64,000 nt of DNA. Source: Haliotis cracherodii (taxonomy: Eukaryota). The notes beneath the pieces are model-generated. The model worked only from the letters and a program-made list of their open reading frames with translations, was not told the origin of the DNA and did no database searches. The stretch is taken from NCBI RefSeq assembly GCF_022045235.1, contig NW_027266275.1, positions 59,210,001 to 59,274,000 of the forward strand, given 5' to 3'. The stretch's first letter is position 1; each line of letters starts with the position of its first letter. The position numbers and the translations under genes are program-made. Positions 39,453-49,500 of this stretch are shown piece after piece.

Positions 39453-40299
39453 TGTTGTTATCGAACTCAGCGTTGAGCACGGTCCAAAGCGTACTTGAGA
39501 TCGTACGTATTTCATGCTCAAGTTGAGCACGAAAACGTACTCAGATTATTTATAACCTCCGTTTATTGAGCCTGAGTTTTGAGTTGAGCACGAAACCGGA
39601 TTTGAGCATGAAATCGTACTCATGGAAGTTTTATAACCTCGGGGCCTGGACAAGACATGCTTCCCCTTTTCTCGAACATCAGTGTCATCACTCATTGTCA
39701 TTATTAATTCATATAATTGTCACCGCTCTTTTACGGCCAATGAAATTTGCGGATAATCGAGACTGGTTATTCTCTGGCCTTGACATGCTATATTTTCATT
39801 GGTGCTCAATGTATATTGAGTGAGTTTATAATGACAACTTAAAAAACTGCTATGTCGTTATTTTCTCATATTTTCCAAGTTCAATGTAACCTACAATAAA
39901 TAGTTACGTATTAATTCCATCAGCTTTGGCATTGGCACGTCATGAATTATATTCTATGGTTTCGTTATTAGGTAACATAAGACAACCTTAAAAGCCAGAA
40001 GACATCTTCTGCAGTTATAACCAGATAAGTGTAACACTAACTACCCGGTCACGTATTAATATTATTATAAGAATCTAGAATAAACAAACGTCCGTAATAC
40101 ATACATGTCTCATGCGTGATGCTATATATAGTAACAGGATACGGCGATTTCCCAGCATGCCAAGTACGAGCATGCGCAATTACGATTCAGGTCAGCCATC
40201 TTGTGCAGGGGTCATAATAATGACAAGCAATTTTTGATTCCGTACGTACGAGCGAATAGTTAAAATCAAGTGTGCCCTTTCTCTCAGGCGCACAGCAGT

Positions 40300-41841
40300 A
40301 TGGCTCCTAAAACTCGCAAGAAGCGAACGTCAAGCAGGATATCCAGGCAGGATACCGTGCGCGGTGAAGCCACAAGTTTTGGCGATGTTCCAGACAGTTC
40401 GCCTTCAACAAACATGGCCGCGCCCGATGTCGGGGTGCCTCGGCGACGATATAGTACGACGATCCCTCTCAGTGCAGTGGACAGCCGCCCATATGAGATG
40501 TTTCCACGGAATTGGACTACGGGACGTATCTGTGCATACATCGAGGAAATATTGGATATTAAGCCTCCCGGGGGGTTGACACGTGCGCAATATCAAACCT
40601 TTTACACAGAAAACCTCCCAGACCGTAACAAAAGGATGGACAGACAAAGGTCAGCATTGTCGGACGGGTCGTCAGCCAGAGCCAGCACAGTGGCAGTTCA
40701 TGAGGAAACGGTGCCCCCTCATTCGATTGTTAACGAGGCACACACTGACACAACAATCGCCCAGCTTGTGGACACCGTGAACAAGTTACAGCAGACTGTG
40801 GCCACGCTGAGTTCTCAAATGGATGCCAGGAATCAGCCTGCTACGGTGCCACGCACTTCACATTGGCAGACCACCTTTGCAGGACCGGGTCAACCACATG
40901 ACAATCCGGCCGCTATCCATGCGACGTCACAGCCGTTTAGTTTATTTACTGCCATACGGGAATCGACCAACACAGGATCAACTACTCCACGTCTGTTCAC
41001 CAGTGAGCCTCAAGCGCAGCACTTACCAGACGTAGCTCTTGTTTCTCCCTCTCTCCGGAAGAGCATTCAGGAAGGTAAGGATGTGAACCTTGCTTTACTA
41101 CTCATTCCGGATGAAATAACGTCAAATGCTAGAACCATTCAGGTAGACAATGTAAACATGCAACTCAAAAGTCCTCATGACTCCAGATTGCAGTTGCCCT
41201 TGACATTTGACATGTTCATCACAGCCTTTGGAAAGTACAAAGCCATCATGTGTTTACGCTGGCCACAGAGACGAGCCGAACTTGACGCGTATCAGCGCCT
41301 GATCGTTGATATGCACAACCAATATCAAAATCAACTCTTTTATCAATATCACAAACGTTTCTCGGCTAAAGCGGCAGCTTATCTTGAGCAACATAATTGC
41401 AAAATACCATGGGGAGAGATTGACGATGCCATCTATAGAGCTGTCTTTACAGGACGCAGAATCACCGCTTGCCAGTTGTGTGATGACATTGGTCATTCGA
41501 CGCAGTTCTGTTCTATGGTTGATGCCAAGTCCATACATCACCAACCAGGAGAGACTTTTAACCATACTCCCACGACTAGGGACAGAGAACTCAACACAGA
41601 ACGCAGAGGCATGGATCGCCGGGGAAGGGAAGTGCTCATACACAAAGGTATCCCATTGTGCAACAACTTTAATGCTGAGAAATGTGTTCACGGGAATTGT
41701 AGATTTAGACATTTGTGTTCTGTATGTCGAAAGCCACACCCTGCTTTCGAATGTTGGCATAACACAGTAGAGACTCAATTCCCAGCAGGCAAGTCGATAC
41801 CTGTCCAGAATTCTTCCTCGGCCAAAAAGCACCGACAGTGA
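40300..41841 (+). CDS. Ngaro ORF1 (gag-like, C-terminal Cys/His zinc fingers)
   Basis: First ATG at 40300; CQLCDDIGHSTQFC and CNNFNAEKCVHGNCRFRHLCSVCRKPHPAFEC. Confidence 0.88.
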   Translation: MAPKTRKKRTSSRISRQDTVRGEATSFGDVPDSSPSTNMAAPDVGVPRRRYSTTIPLSAVDSRPYEMFPRNWTTGRICAYIEEILDIKPPGGLTRAQYQTFYTENLPDRNKRMDRQRSALSDGSSARASTVAVHEETVPPHSIVNEAHTDTTIAQLVDTVNKLQQTVATLSSQMDARNQPATVPRTSHWQTTFAGPGQPHDNPAAIHATSQPFSLFTAIRESTNTGSTTPRLFTSEPQAQHLPDVALVSPSLRKSIQEGKDVNLALLLIPDEITSNARTIQVDNVNMQLKSPHDSRLQLPLTFDMFITAFGKYKAIMCLRWPQRRAELDAYQRLIVDMHNQYQNQLFYQYHKRFSAKAAAYLEQHNCKIPWGEIDDAIYRAVFTGRRITACQLCDDIGHSTQFCSMVDAKSIHHQPGETFNHTPTTRDRELNTERRGMDRRGREVLIHKGIPLCNNFNAEKCVHGNCRFRHLCSVCRKPHPAFECWHNTVETQFPAGKSIPVQNSSSAKKHRQ

Positions 41842-43464
41842 CTACAGGCAACCCCATCCCCTGTTGACTTGGATAGACTGTCTCAACGGTTGTCTGATCA
41901 CCCAGACCGTGCCTTCGTTCAGACGTTGCTGCATGGTTTTAAATTTGGTTTTGACACGGGCATTACATGTCCACCTACTCACACTACTGTCTGCAAGAAT
42001 CTGTTATCAGCTCGAAACAATCCTGAAGCAGTAGCCACCATTATTCAAGATGAACTATTCAAAGGCTATTTGATAGGTCCATTTACGCAGTCTCCTTTCC
42101 CTCACCACAGGGTTAATCCAATAGGCATTGTGGAAGGAAAATATTCCAAAAAGAAGCGATTAATTGTCGACCTCTCGGCTCCACATGATGATGTGGAAAA
42201 CCCAAGTTTGAACTCATTAATTGATAAAGAACAATTCTCCCTCAACTATGTGAAAGTGGACGACGCTATCCAACTTATCAAAGGCATGGGACAACATGCT
42301 TACCTATGTAAGGTGGACATAACAGATGCATTCAAAATGCTTCCAATTCACCCTTCTTTATATCACTTACATGGCATATCATGGGATCATCAGCTTTATT
42401 ATTACACTCGCTTGGTCTTCGGATGTCGGTCCAGTCCAAAACTGTTTGATGGCCTGTCTGCAGCAGTGTGTTGGATTGCCACTCATGTGTATGACATTGT
42501 CAATATATTGCATCTTTTGGATGATTTTTTGACTGTGGATAAGGATTTGGAACAAGGCATCAGCACCATGAACAAACTAGAATGCCTATTCTCGGAACTG
42601 AATATCCCCCTGTCCCCCCATAAAACGGTCGGTCCGGTCACATGTTTGGAATACTTGGGGATTATTTTGGACACTGATAGAATGGAAGCGCGTCTACCTA
42701 CTGAGAAAGTGTCAAGAATCGTCTCTATCATGGCAACTATTCAAGGTGCCAAGAAAGTCACAAAGCAGTTACTGCTCAGCATTATTGGTCATCTAAATTT
42801 TGCTATGCGGATTATTCCAGCGGGTAGGGCATTCATCAGTTACCTCCTTCAACTGGCCCACTCTGTGAAACACCTACGACATCGGGTCACTTTGAACAAA
42901 CAATGTCGTCTAGATTTTGATATGTGGAGAACATTCTTACGCGATTGGAATTGCCGGTCGTTTTTCTTGGAAGACCTAATCGCAGCCCCCCAATTTGACC
43001 TGTACACAGATGCTGCTGCATCAGTTGGTTTCGGAGCTTACTTCCAGGGTAAATGGTTCGCTGCTCCATGGCCGGTTGACTTACTGCAAGCTACCACAGA
43101 GGACATGTCCATTGCCTTACTCGAACTTTACCCTATCGTTATGGCGGCTGCAATCTGGGGGAAGCTATGGACTAACAAGAGTATCAGATTTCATTGTGAC
43201 AATATGGCTACTGTTGACATCCTTTGCAAATGTCGGTCTAAATCTCCATTCATCATGTGTTTGATAAGGAAATTTGTATTGACAGCTGCCAAATATAATT
43301 TTGTATTCAGCGCCCAACATATACCTGGAAGAGTTAACCATATTGGTGATGCTTTATCTCGCTTCCAGATGACCAAGTTCCGTCAACTAGCTCCCACTGC
43401 CGAACCTGCTCCAGAAACATGTCTACATCTATGTCAGCTCACCTTACCGCCAGTCCAGACTTAG
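41842..43464 (+). CDS. Ngaro ORF2 (reverse transcriptase plus RNase H), in frame with ORF1
   Basis: HPD..F..GF, RLIVDLS, KVDITDAF, FGCRSSP, LLDDF, YLGI; RNase H motifs TDA, LELYPI, CDN, HIPG..N..GDALSR. Open from the codon after the ORF1 stop. Confidence 0.92.
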   Translation, partial: LQATPSPVDLDRLSQRLSDHPDRAFVQTLLHGFKFGFDTGITCPPTHTTVCKNLLSARNNPEAVATIIQDELFKGYLIGPFTQSPFPHHRVNPIGIVEGKYSKKKRLIVDLSAPHDDVENPSLNSLIDKEQFSLNYVKVDDAIQLIKGMGQHAYLCKVDITDAFKMLPIHPSLYHLHGISWDHQLYYYTRLVFGCRSSPKLFDGLSAAVCWIATHVYDIVNILHLLDDFLTVDKDLEQGISTMNKLECLFSELNIPLSPHKTVGPVTCLEYLGIILDTDRMEARLPTEKVSRIVSIMATIQGAKKVTKQLLLSIIGHLNFAMRIIPAGRAFISYLLQLAHSVKHLRHRVTLNKQCRLDFDMWRTFLRDWNCRSFFLEDLIAAPQFDLYTDAAASVGFGAYFQGKWFAAPWPVDLLQATTEDMSIALLELYPIVMAAAIWGKLWTNKSIRFHCDNMATVDILCKCRSKSPFIMCLIRKFVLTAAKYNFVFSAQHIPGRVNHIGDALSRFQMTKFRQLAPTAEPAPETCLHLCQLTLPPVQT

Positions 43465-44441
43465 ATGTTTTGTGGTCGCAAGCTGTGTCAAAAGCCACCA
43501 GGGCGGTATACAGAGCAGGGGTTCAAGCCTTTTTAACCTTCATGGCTATGTGCGGGTTTGTGTGGCAGCCCCGTGTGTTACCTCCATTATCGGAAGATTC
43601 ATTGTTATTGTTTGTAGCCCACTGCCATCAGCGACTACATTTACGTTATACGACCATCAAGAGTTATCTGTGTGGAGTGAGATTCACTTATCTGAGGCAT
43701 AATGTGCCAAATCCATGGTGTTCTAGGAATCTGCTACGAGTAGAAACAATCATGAAAGCTATCAAGAAAGAACAAGGTGTGAACCCAAGTGTGCGATTAC
43801 CAATTACTGTTGACATTTTACAGCAGATTTGGATCACCCTAGAGAAAGGACTATTTTCACCGTTCACAGACTTATTGATGAAGACTGTGTGTTCAGTCGC
43901 CTTTTTTGGCTTTCTACGTTGTGGAGAATTTACATGTGACCATTTTGATGCAAAATTTCATTTGTCTCTAAGCTCTGTCGTGTTTAGACCAGATTGTACA
44001 TCGTTTGATTTGACACTTAAATCGTCTAAGACAGATCCTTTTCGCAGGGGTATAACATTGTCCATCCATGCAGTGCCAACATCTTATTGTCCGGTGCGTT
44101 GTCTACAGGAATTTATTCATCATAGGAGGGCCATGGGAGCTGCTCAGCATGATCCTTTATTTGTTAATGAGCAGAATATACCTCTTACCAGGTCTTTCTT
44201 TATTCAAAAATTAAAACACACATTGTCCATGACAGGATATGACCAAGAGAAATACAACGGTCACTCATTTCGTATTGGTGCGGCTACCTCAGCTTCCACG
44301 GCTAATATTCCAGACCACCTGATCAAGACTCTAGGCCGGTGGTCATCAGACTGTTATGTTCGATATATTAGGGTGCCCAAATCATCCATAGCACAGGCTC
44401 AGCGTGCAATGGCACAAAATAGGGGTAACTGCTTGTCCTAG
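43419..44441 (+). CDS. Ngaro ORF3 tyrosine recombinase
   Basis: Catalytic set present: R (FLRCGE), K (SKTD), H-x-x-R (HSFRIG), W (GRWSS), Y (YVRYIR). Overlaps the end of ORF2. Confidence 0.93.
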   Translation: MSTSMSAHLTASPDLDVLWSQAVSKATRAVYRAGVQAFLTFMAMCGFVWQPRVLPPLSEDSLLLFVAHCHQRLHLRYTTIKSYLCGVRFTYLRHNVPNPWCSRNLLRVETIMKAIKKEQGVNPSVRLPITVDILQQIWITLEKGLFSPFTDLLMKTVCSVAFFGFLRCGEFTCDHFDAKFHLSLSSVVFRPDCTSFDLTLKSSKTDPFRRGITLSIHAVPTSYCPVRCLQEFIHHRRAMGAAQHDPLFVNEQNIPLTRSFFIQKLKHTLSMTGYDQEKYNGHSFRIGAATSASTANIPDHLIKTLGRWSSDCYVRYIRVPKSSIAQAQRAMAQNRGNCLS

Positions 44442-46516
44442 ATGTATATTTAATGCCTTTGGGGATTCTCAGTCAATTCTTTACTTCGATTTTGGGTATA
44501 TTTACCCCTGCAGTCATTAGGATGGGATGCATTGGATGCATGTTGTCAAAACACAGGTCAGGCTTGACCTCCATCATGTCCATGGTATTTAGCATCTAAT
44601 ACGTTTCTATCTGTAGTGTAGAATGATAGATGTGTAGTTAATTGTCGAAACCTTAGTATTCTATGTATCACTCTCGACAATTGATCCCAACAGCTTGGGC
44701 CTGACCGATGCTCAGTCAGGTACACATAAGTCAGGTACATGTAGTCGATTCTCCTGTGTTTATACCCAATGCTTGGGAAGTTGTGAAAGGCGAATCGATC
44801 CCTAGCTGGGCATGACTGATGCTCAGTCATGTACATGTACCAATAGCTTTCTAGTCACATGTTTACAGTGAGAATCCCCTTACGCCAAACTTGTTAGATA
44901 TGTGTTATATTGAACGTGTTTCAGGTATTAAATCATTGTTGCAACTTTCGTGTTGAATTGTCATTATAAATTGGTGCTCAATGTATATTGAGTGAGTTTA
45001 TAATGACAACTTAAAAAACTGCTATGTCGTTATTTTCTCATATTTTCCAAGTTCAATGTAACCTACAATAAATAGTTACGTATTAATTCCATCAGCTTTG
45101 GCATTGGCACGTCATGAATTATATTCTATGGTTTCGTAATTAGGTAACATAAGACAACCTTAAAAGCCAGAAGACATCTTCTGCAGTTATAACCAGATAA
45201 GTGTAACACTAACTACCCGGTCACGTATTAATATTATTATAAGAATCTAGAATAAACAAACGTCCGTAATACATACATGTCTCATGCGTGATGCTATATA
45301 TAGTAACAGGATACGGCGATTTCCCAGCATGCCAAGTACGAGCATGCGCAATTACGATTCAGGTCAGCCATCTTGTGCAGGGGTCATAATAATGACAAGC
45401 AATCCCACCTCCATCCCCAACTACCGTCCATGTTTTTCCTTGTTGCACTCTTATTTTTTCGTTTGTTTCTGGATTCTCACTGTTATATTAAAATTTTGTA
45501 TTAGCAATCGGGGTATATCTACCCCTGCAGTCATTGGGTATATTTACCCCTGCAGTCATTAGGATGGGATGCATTGGATGCATGTTGTCAAAACACAGGT
45601 CAGGCTTGACCTCCATCATGTCCATGGTATTTAGCATCTAATACGTTTCTATCTGTAGTGTAGAATGATAGATGTGTAGTTAATTGTCGAAACCTTAGTA
45701 TTCTATGTATCACTCTCGACAATTGATCCCAACAGCTTGGGCCTGACCGATGCTCAGTCAGGTACACATAAGTCAGGTACATGTAGTCGATTCTCCTGTG
45801 TTTATACCCAATGCTTGGGAAGTTGTGAAAGGCGAATCGATCCCTAGCTGGGCATGACTGATGCTCAGTCATGTACATGTACCAATAGCTTTCTAGTCAC
45901 ATGTTTACAGTGAGAATCCCCTTACGCCAAACTTGTTAGATATGTGTTATATTGAACGTGTTTCAGGTATTAAATCATTGTTGCAACTTTCGTGTTGAAT
46001 TGTCATTATAAACCAGTCTGCAACAGATGACAGATGGTTACTCGGCAACTCAGGTGATTTTAGGCAGTACGGTCACTACCAGGAATGGTCAGGGTACTTT
46101 CAGGTCAGGTCAGTAGGGTAATTCATATTAGGAAAGGTCAGTTTCTTCGGTTCAGACAGGTTCGAATGCTAGAAAGGCAGATCGTTTATTCCATGGAAAG
46201 CCAGATGCCCCCGTTTATCCGAAACAGGATTCAGATTTCTCGTCAGTTGTTAGATGTAGATATTGTCACAAGCCACGTCCCATACTCATCACAAACATCA
46301 GAAACTTCTCCCCATGCTTTTGTGAATGTCAAGTCCTAGCCGATTTCTGATGTCATTAACACTGAGGTTGAGTATGTTCGGTTACCAAAGTCTGCTATAT
46401 TTTGAGAGGAGCACTTGCCTTTATTTGTAGTCACTTAAAGGGGTTCAATATACATTGCGACCTTTGGAATCAATACGTAACACTTTGACAATCGCCAAAC
46501 GTCCGCTCCCACGGTC

Positions 46517-46545
46517 CTTATCAAGAACAGAGATCGGTATAAATA
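46517..46545 (+). promoter_or_regulatory. Core promoter of copy C: GATA site plus TATA box
   Basis: CTTATC at 46517-46522, TATAAATA at 46538-46545, ATG at 46591. Confidence 0.6.
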
Positions 46546-46590
46546 GCTTCTTTACTTACTATTATTTCAGAAGGGTTTCTTGAAGGCACC

Positions 46591-49500
46591 ATGTTGGGGG
46601 TTGTTCTCATCCTATTCGTTGGGCATGCTCTTGCTGTACCAATAGATCAGGTCAGTATATTACACCGTTCTTAATAGGCGATAAGGGCGGTCGGGTAGCC
46701 TAGTGGTTAAAGCGCTCGCTCGTCACGCCGAAGACCCGGGTTCGATTCCCGACATGGGTACAATGTGTGAAGCCCATTTCTTGTGTCCCCCGCCGTGATA
46801 TTCCTGGAATATTGCTAAAAGCGGCGTAAAACCTCACTCACTTATTTGGCGATTTGTTTCAGGTCACTATTGATTAAATTTTCGTAACTTTTCTAAAACC
46901 ATACAAAGTAAACGCTTGATTAAGTTTGAATTTAAGATTAATGGATAATTGTCTTATCGGAAAGAGACCGACATACCCCAGATGCTTAAAGATCAAATTT
47001 GAAACATTAAACAAAAGTTTGAGTCACACCTTATTTGTAAAGAAACAAAAAACCTTTGTTTCTCTTATTCAGCTTCCAGACTTCGATGGTAAGTGCAATA
47101 TGATGCATAAACATATAGCTTTGAGGTAAGCGCTTTTACAAGCGTTTATTTATAAACGAATCACATCCTTTTTCTAAAGGTGTTTATCAACTGTTTGGCT
47201 GATGTAAGGCAACATTCATGTATGGTGTGATACCACCTCACCTGGCTACACTACCTGCAGGCATGCATGCAAACAGCCAGTTTGTGATCTGTGGACATAC
47301 CGTCATCTCAGTTTTGTTTGTTTGTTGTTTAACGCCGCACTCAGCAATGTTCCATCTATATAGCGGCGGTCTGTAAATAAAAGAGTCTGGACCAGACAAT
47401 CCAGTGATTGGGCATGGCCATTGATTCACGCAATTGGGATACCATGACATGCATCATCAACCACCAATTTAAGTCTCAGTTATGACACACATATGCTACA
47501 ATAGACTCAGTGACAAGGTGTTTGTTGAAATTGATATATAAATGAACATTTAATTGTTTTGTAATTTTTGCATTAATTTTTGAAATTTGAAGATAATGTT
47601 CATTTAGTCATTGTCTGCAATTAAGTACGGACCTCCGTATCAACACTACAATAGTACCATAATAAAAACCACGATTTTCAAATTTATGTCAATATCAAAT
47701 TAAAGCTTTAAAACTATATTCTTGTTTTACTTTTTTAGAGGCGTATCCGGAAGAAAACCCTGGTAGGTTTACAAATAATTAAGATTATTAAGATTTTCTT
47801 CGAAAGTTTGTATAAGTCCTTTTAATTATCACGTCGCTATATAAGTGCAATAATTTGGAACGCGATATTGAACTCCATTTCACCTCACCACTGCACCTGT
47901 TTCATGATATTAACCTAAATAATGAGTGGACAGACATATATCTGTACTTTTGAAGATTCACAGAAAAATGAGTCAAATGATTTGTGGAAAGTGTTCCAAA
48001 TGTTTGCTATGTCGATAGACATTTGTTCATGATATCAAATGGTTGGGGACCATTTGTGTCTTGATGTCTCATTTGACCAAAACCGACCATACTCACTTGC
48101 CTTATTTATTTTGAATCAGTGCGATAACGATTTTGCAATAAAAGAAGTCATGATGTCATTTTTTCTTTTAAAAAGGCATTCACTTTCCACCCACGCATCC
48201 ATTTTTGTCATAAAAGTATTTTACTATATAAACCAAATGAATATTTGTTTTTGTCAGGCCTCTTCGAGGGAGATATCATTCTGATGCCAGGACAAAACCC
48301 CAACGTAAGGCATTTTGTTTTGTATAAAATTAAATAGGATGAGAAAAATGGAAAAGTGTTTAAAGTATCATGTCATAACATGAACTTTTTCAATCATTGT
48401 GATATATGCAAACTTCAGTATTGTCAAAACATGTCTATTTTACAGGACAGAAATGCGAGAAGAGACAAAAACTACCGATGGCCAAATGGCGAAGTTCCTT
48501 TCGAAATTGACACCCATCATTTCTGTAAGCAATGAAAAGTTGTTCTGAACAAACATAAACAATTAAAGATGAATTTGGATTTCAATACATGTGCATGAAT
48601 AAATACAATAATTTGAAATTGAAACAATAAATATCACATTTATAATTTGAAATCATTCCAAAATAGTTATTTTCAAAATTTCAAATGTTTCAATGACATA
48701 GTTTTGAATATAGGACAGCTACATGAATGCTGCCGTAACAACAATGAATTTTAACGTAATCAGAGAGCACTTCATACACGTTGCTATGCATATCTCGGTT
48801 ATCACATAGATTTTCTAATGTAGCATCGTCTGAGGAGAGTACCATACATACTGCCATGCAGACAATTCATGAGAAGACCAAGGTCAATGGCAAAGCGTGC
48901 ATCACTTTCAAACCCCGCACACACGAGCATGCCTACATACGATACGCGGGAGGATCGGGGTAAATACCACATAGTTCATTTATAGAACTAGCTGTACCCA
49001 TCACATCATGCATTTGAAACAAACACTGTACTATTCAGTTAAATTGCTTGCATAATGGTATGCATGTAACTTTGATAAGCTCTACATACTCATTATCTGA
49101 TCAATTTACTTGACATCATTCCAATACAAAATGTGAGGATACAAGAAAGAAGGTACACATATACTTGTGTCACTTGACTTGAAGGAGGGATTGTACCCGT
49201 GAAGATCCGGGTTAGAATAGGTCTTCAGCAACCCATGCTTGTCGTGGGAGGCGACTATCGGGATCGACTGGTCAGGCTCGCGACTTGGGTGATGCATGTC
49301 ATCGTATTCCAATTGTGTGGATCGATGCTCATGTTGTTAATCACTGGATTGTCTAGTCTAGACTCGATTGTTTACGGACCGCCGTCATACAGCTGGAATA
49401 TTGCTGAGTGCGGTGTGAATCAACAAACAAACAAATGAAGGAGGGGTTAACATGCGAATATATGAACTGATGCATGACAGGTGATGCAAAACATAACCAA

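Larger units (their letters stand above)
33070..39645. mobile_element. PIF/Harbinger DNA transposon, about 6.6 kb, with two convergent genes
   Basis: Perfect 17-bp TIR GCCCCGAGGTTATAAAA / TTTTATAACCTCGGGGC, flanked by CAG and CTG; empty site GATCAGGAC at 54423-54431; clustered subterminal TGCTCA/TACTCA motifs. Confidence 0.93.
39799..46012 (+). mobile_element. Ngaro-type (DIRS order) tyrosine-recombinase retrotransposon, apparently intact
   Basis: Split direct repeats A1 39799-40231, B1 44492-44970, A2 44971-45403, B2 45534-46012; gag, RT-RNase H and YR ORFs, no methyltransferase; no TSD relative to the empty site TTTTCA|CCAGTC at 54579-54590. Confidence 0.95.

Noticed and set aside
40270-40299. 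Splice-acceptor-like tract (CCCTTTCTCTCAG) before the Ngaro gag ATG
   Set aside because: A plausible 5' UTR intron, but no unambiguous donor; too weak without RNA data.
41254-41832. Antisense and alternate-frame ORFs over Ngaro gag (similar cases over the LINE and Tc1)
   Set aside because: Shadow ORFs of real coding sequence, with no motifs.
44558-45878. Two identical 92-aa minus-strand ORFs
   Set aside because: A by-product of the duplicated Ngaro B repeat; no recognisable domain.
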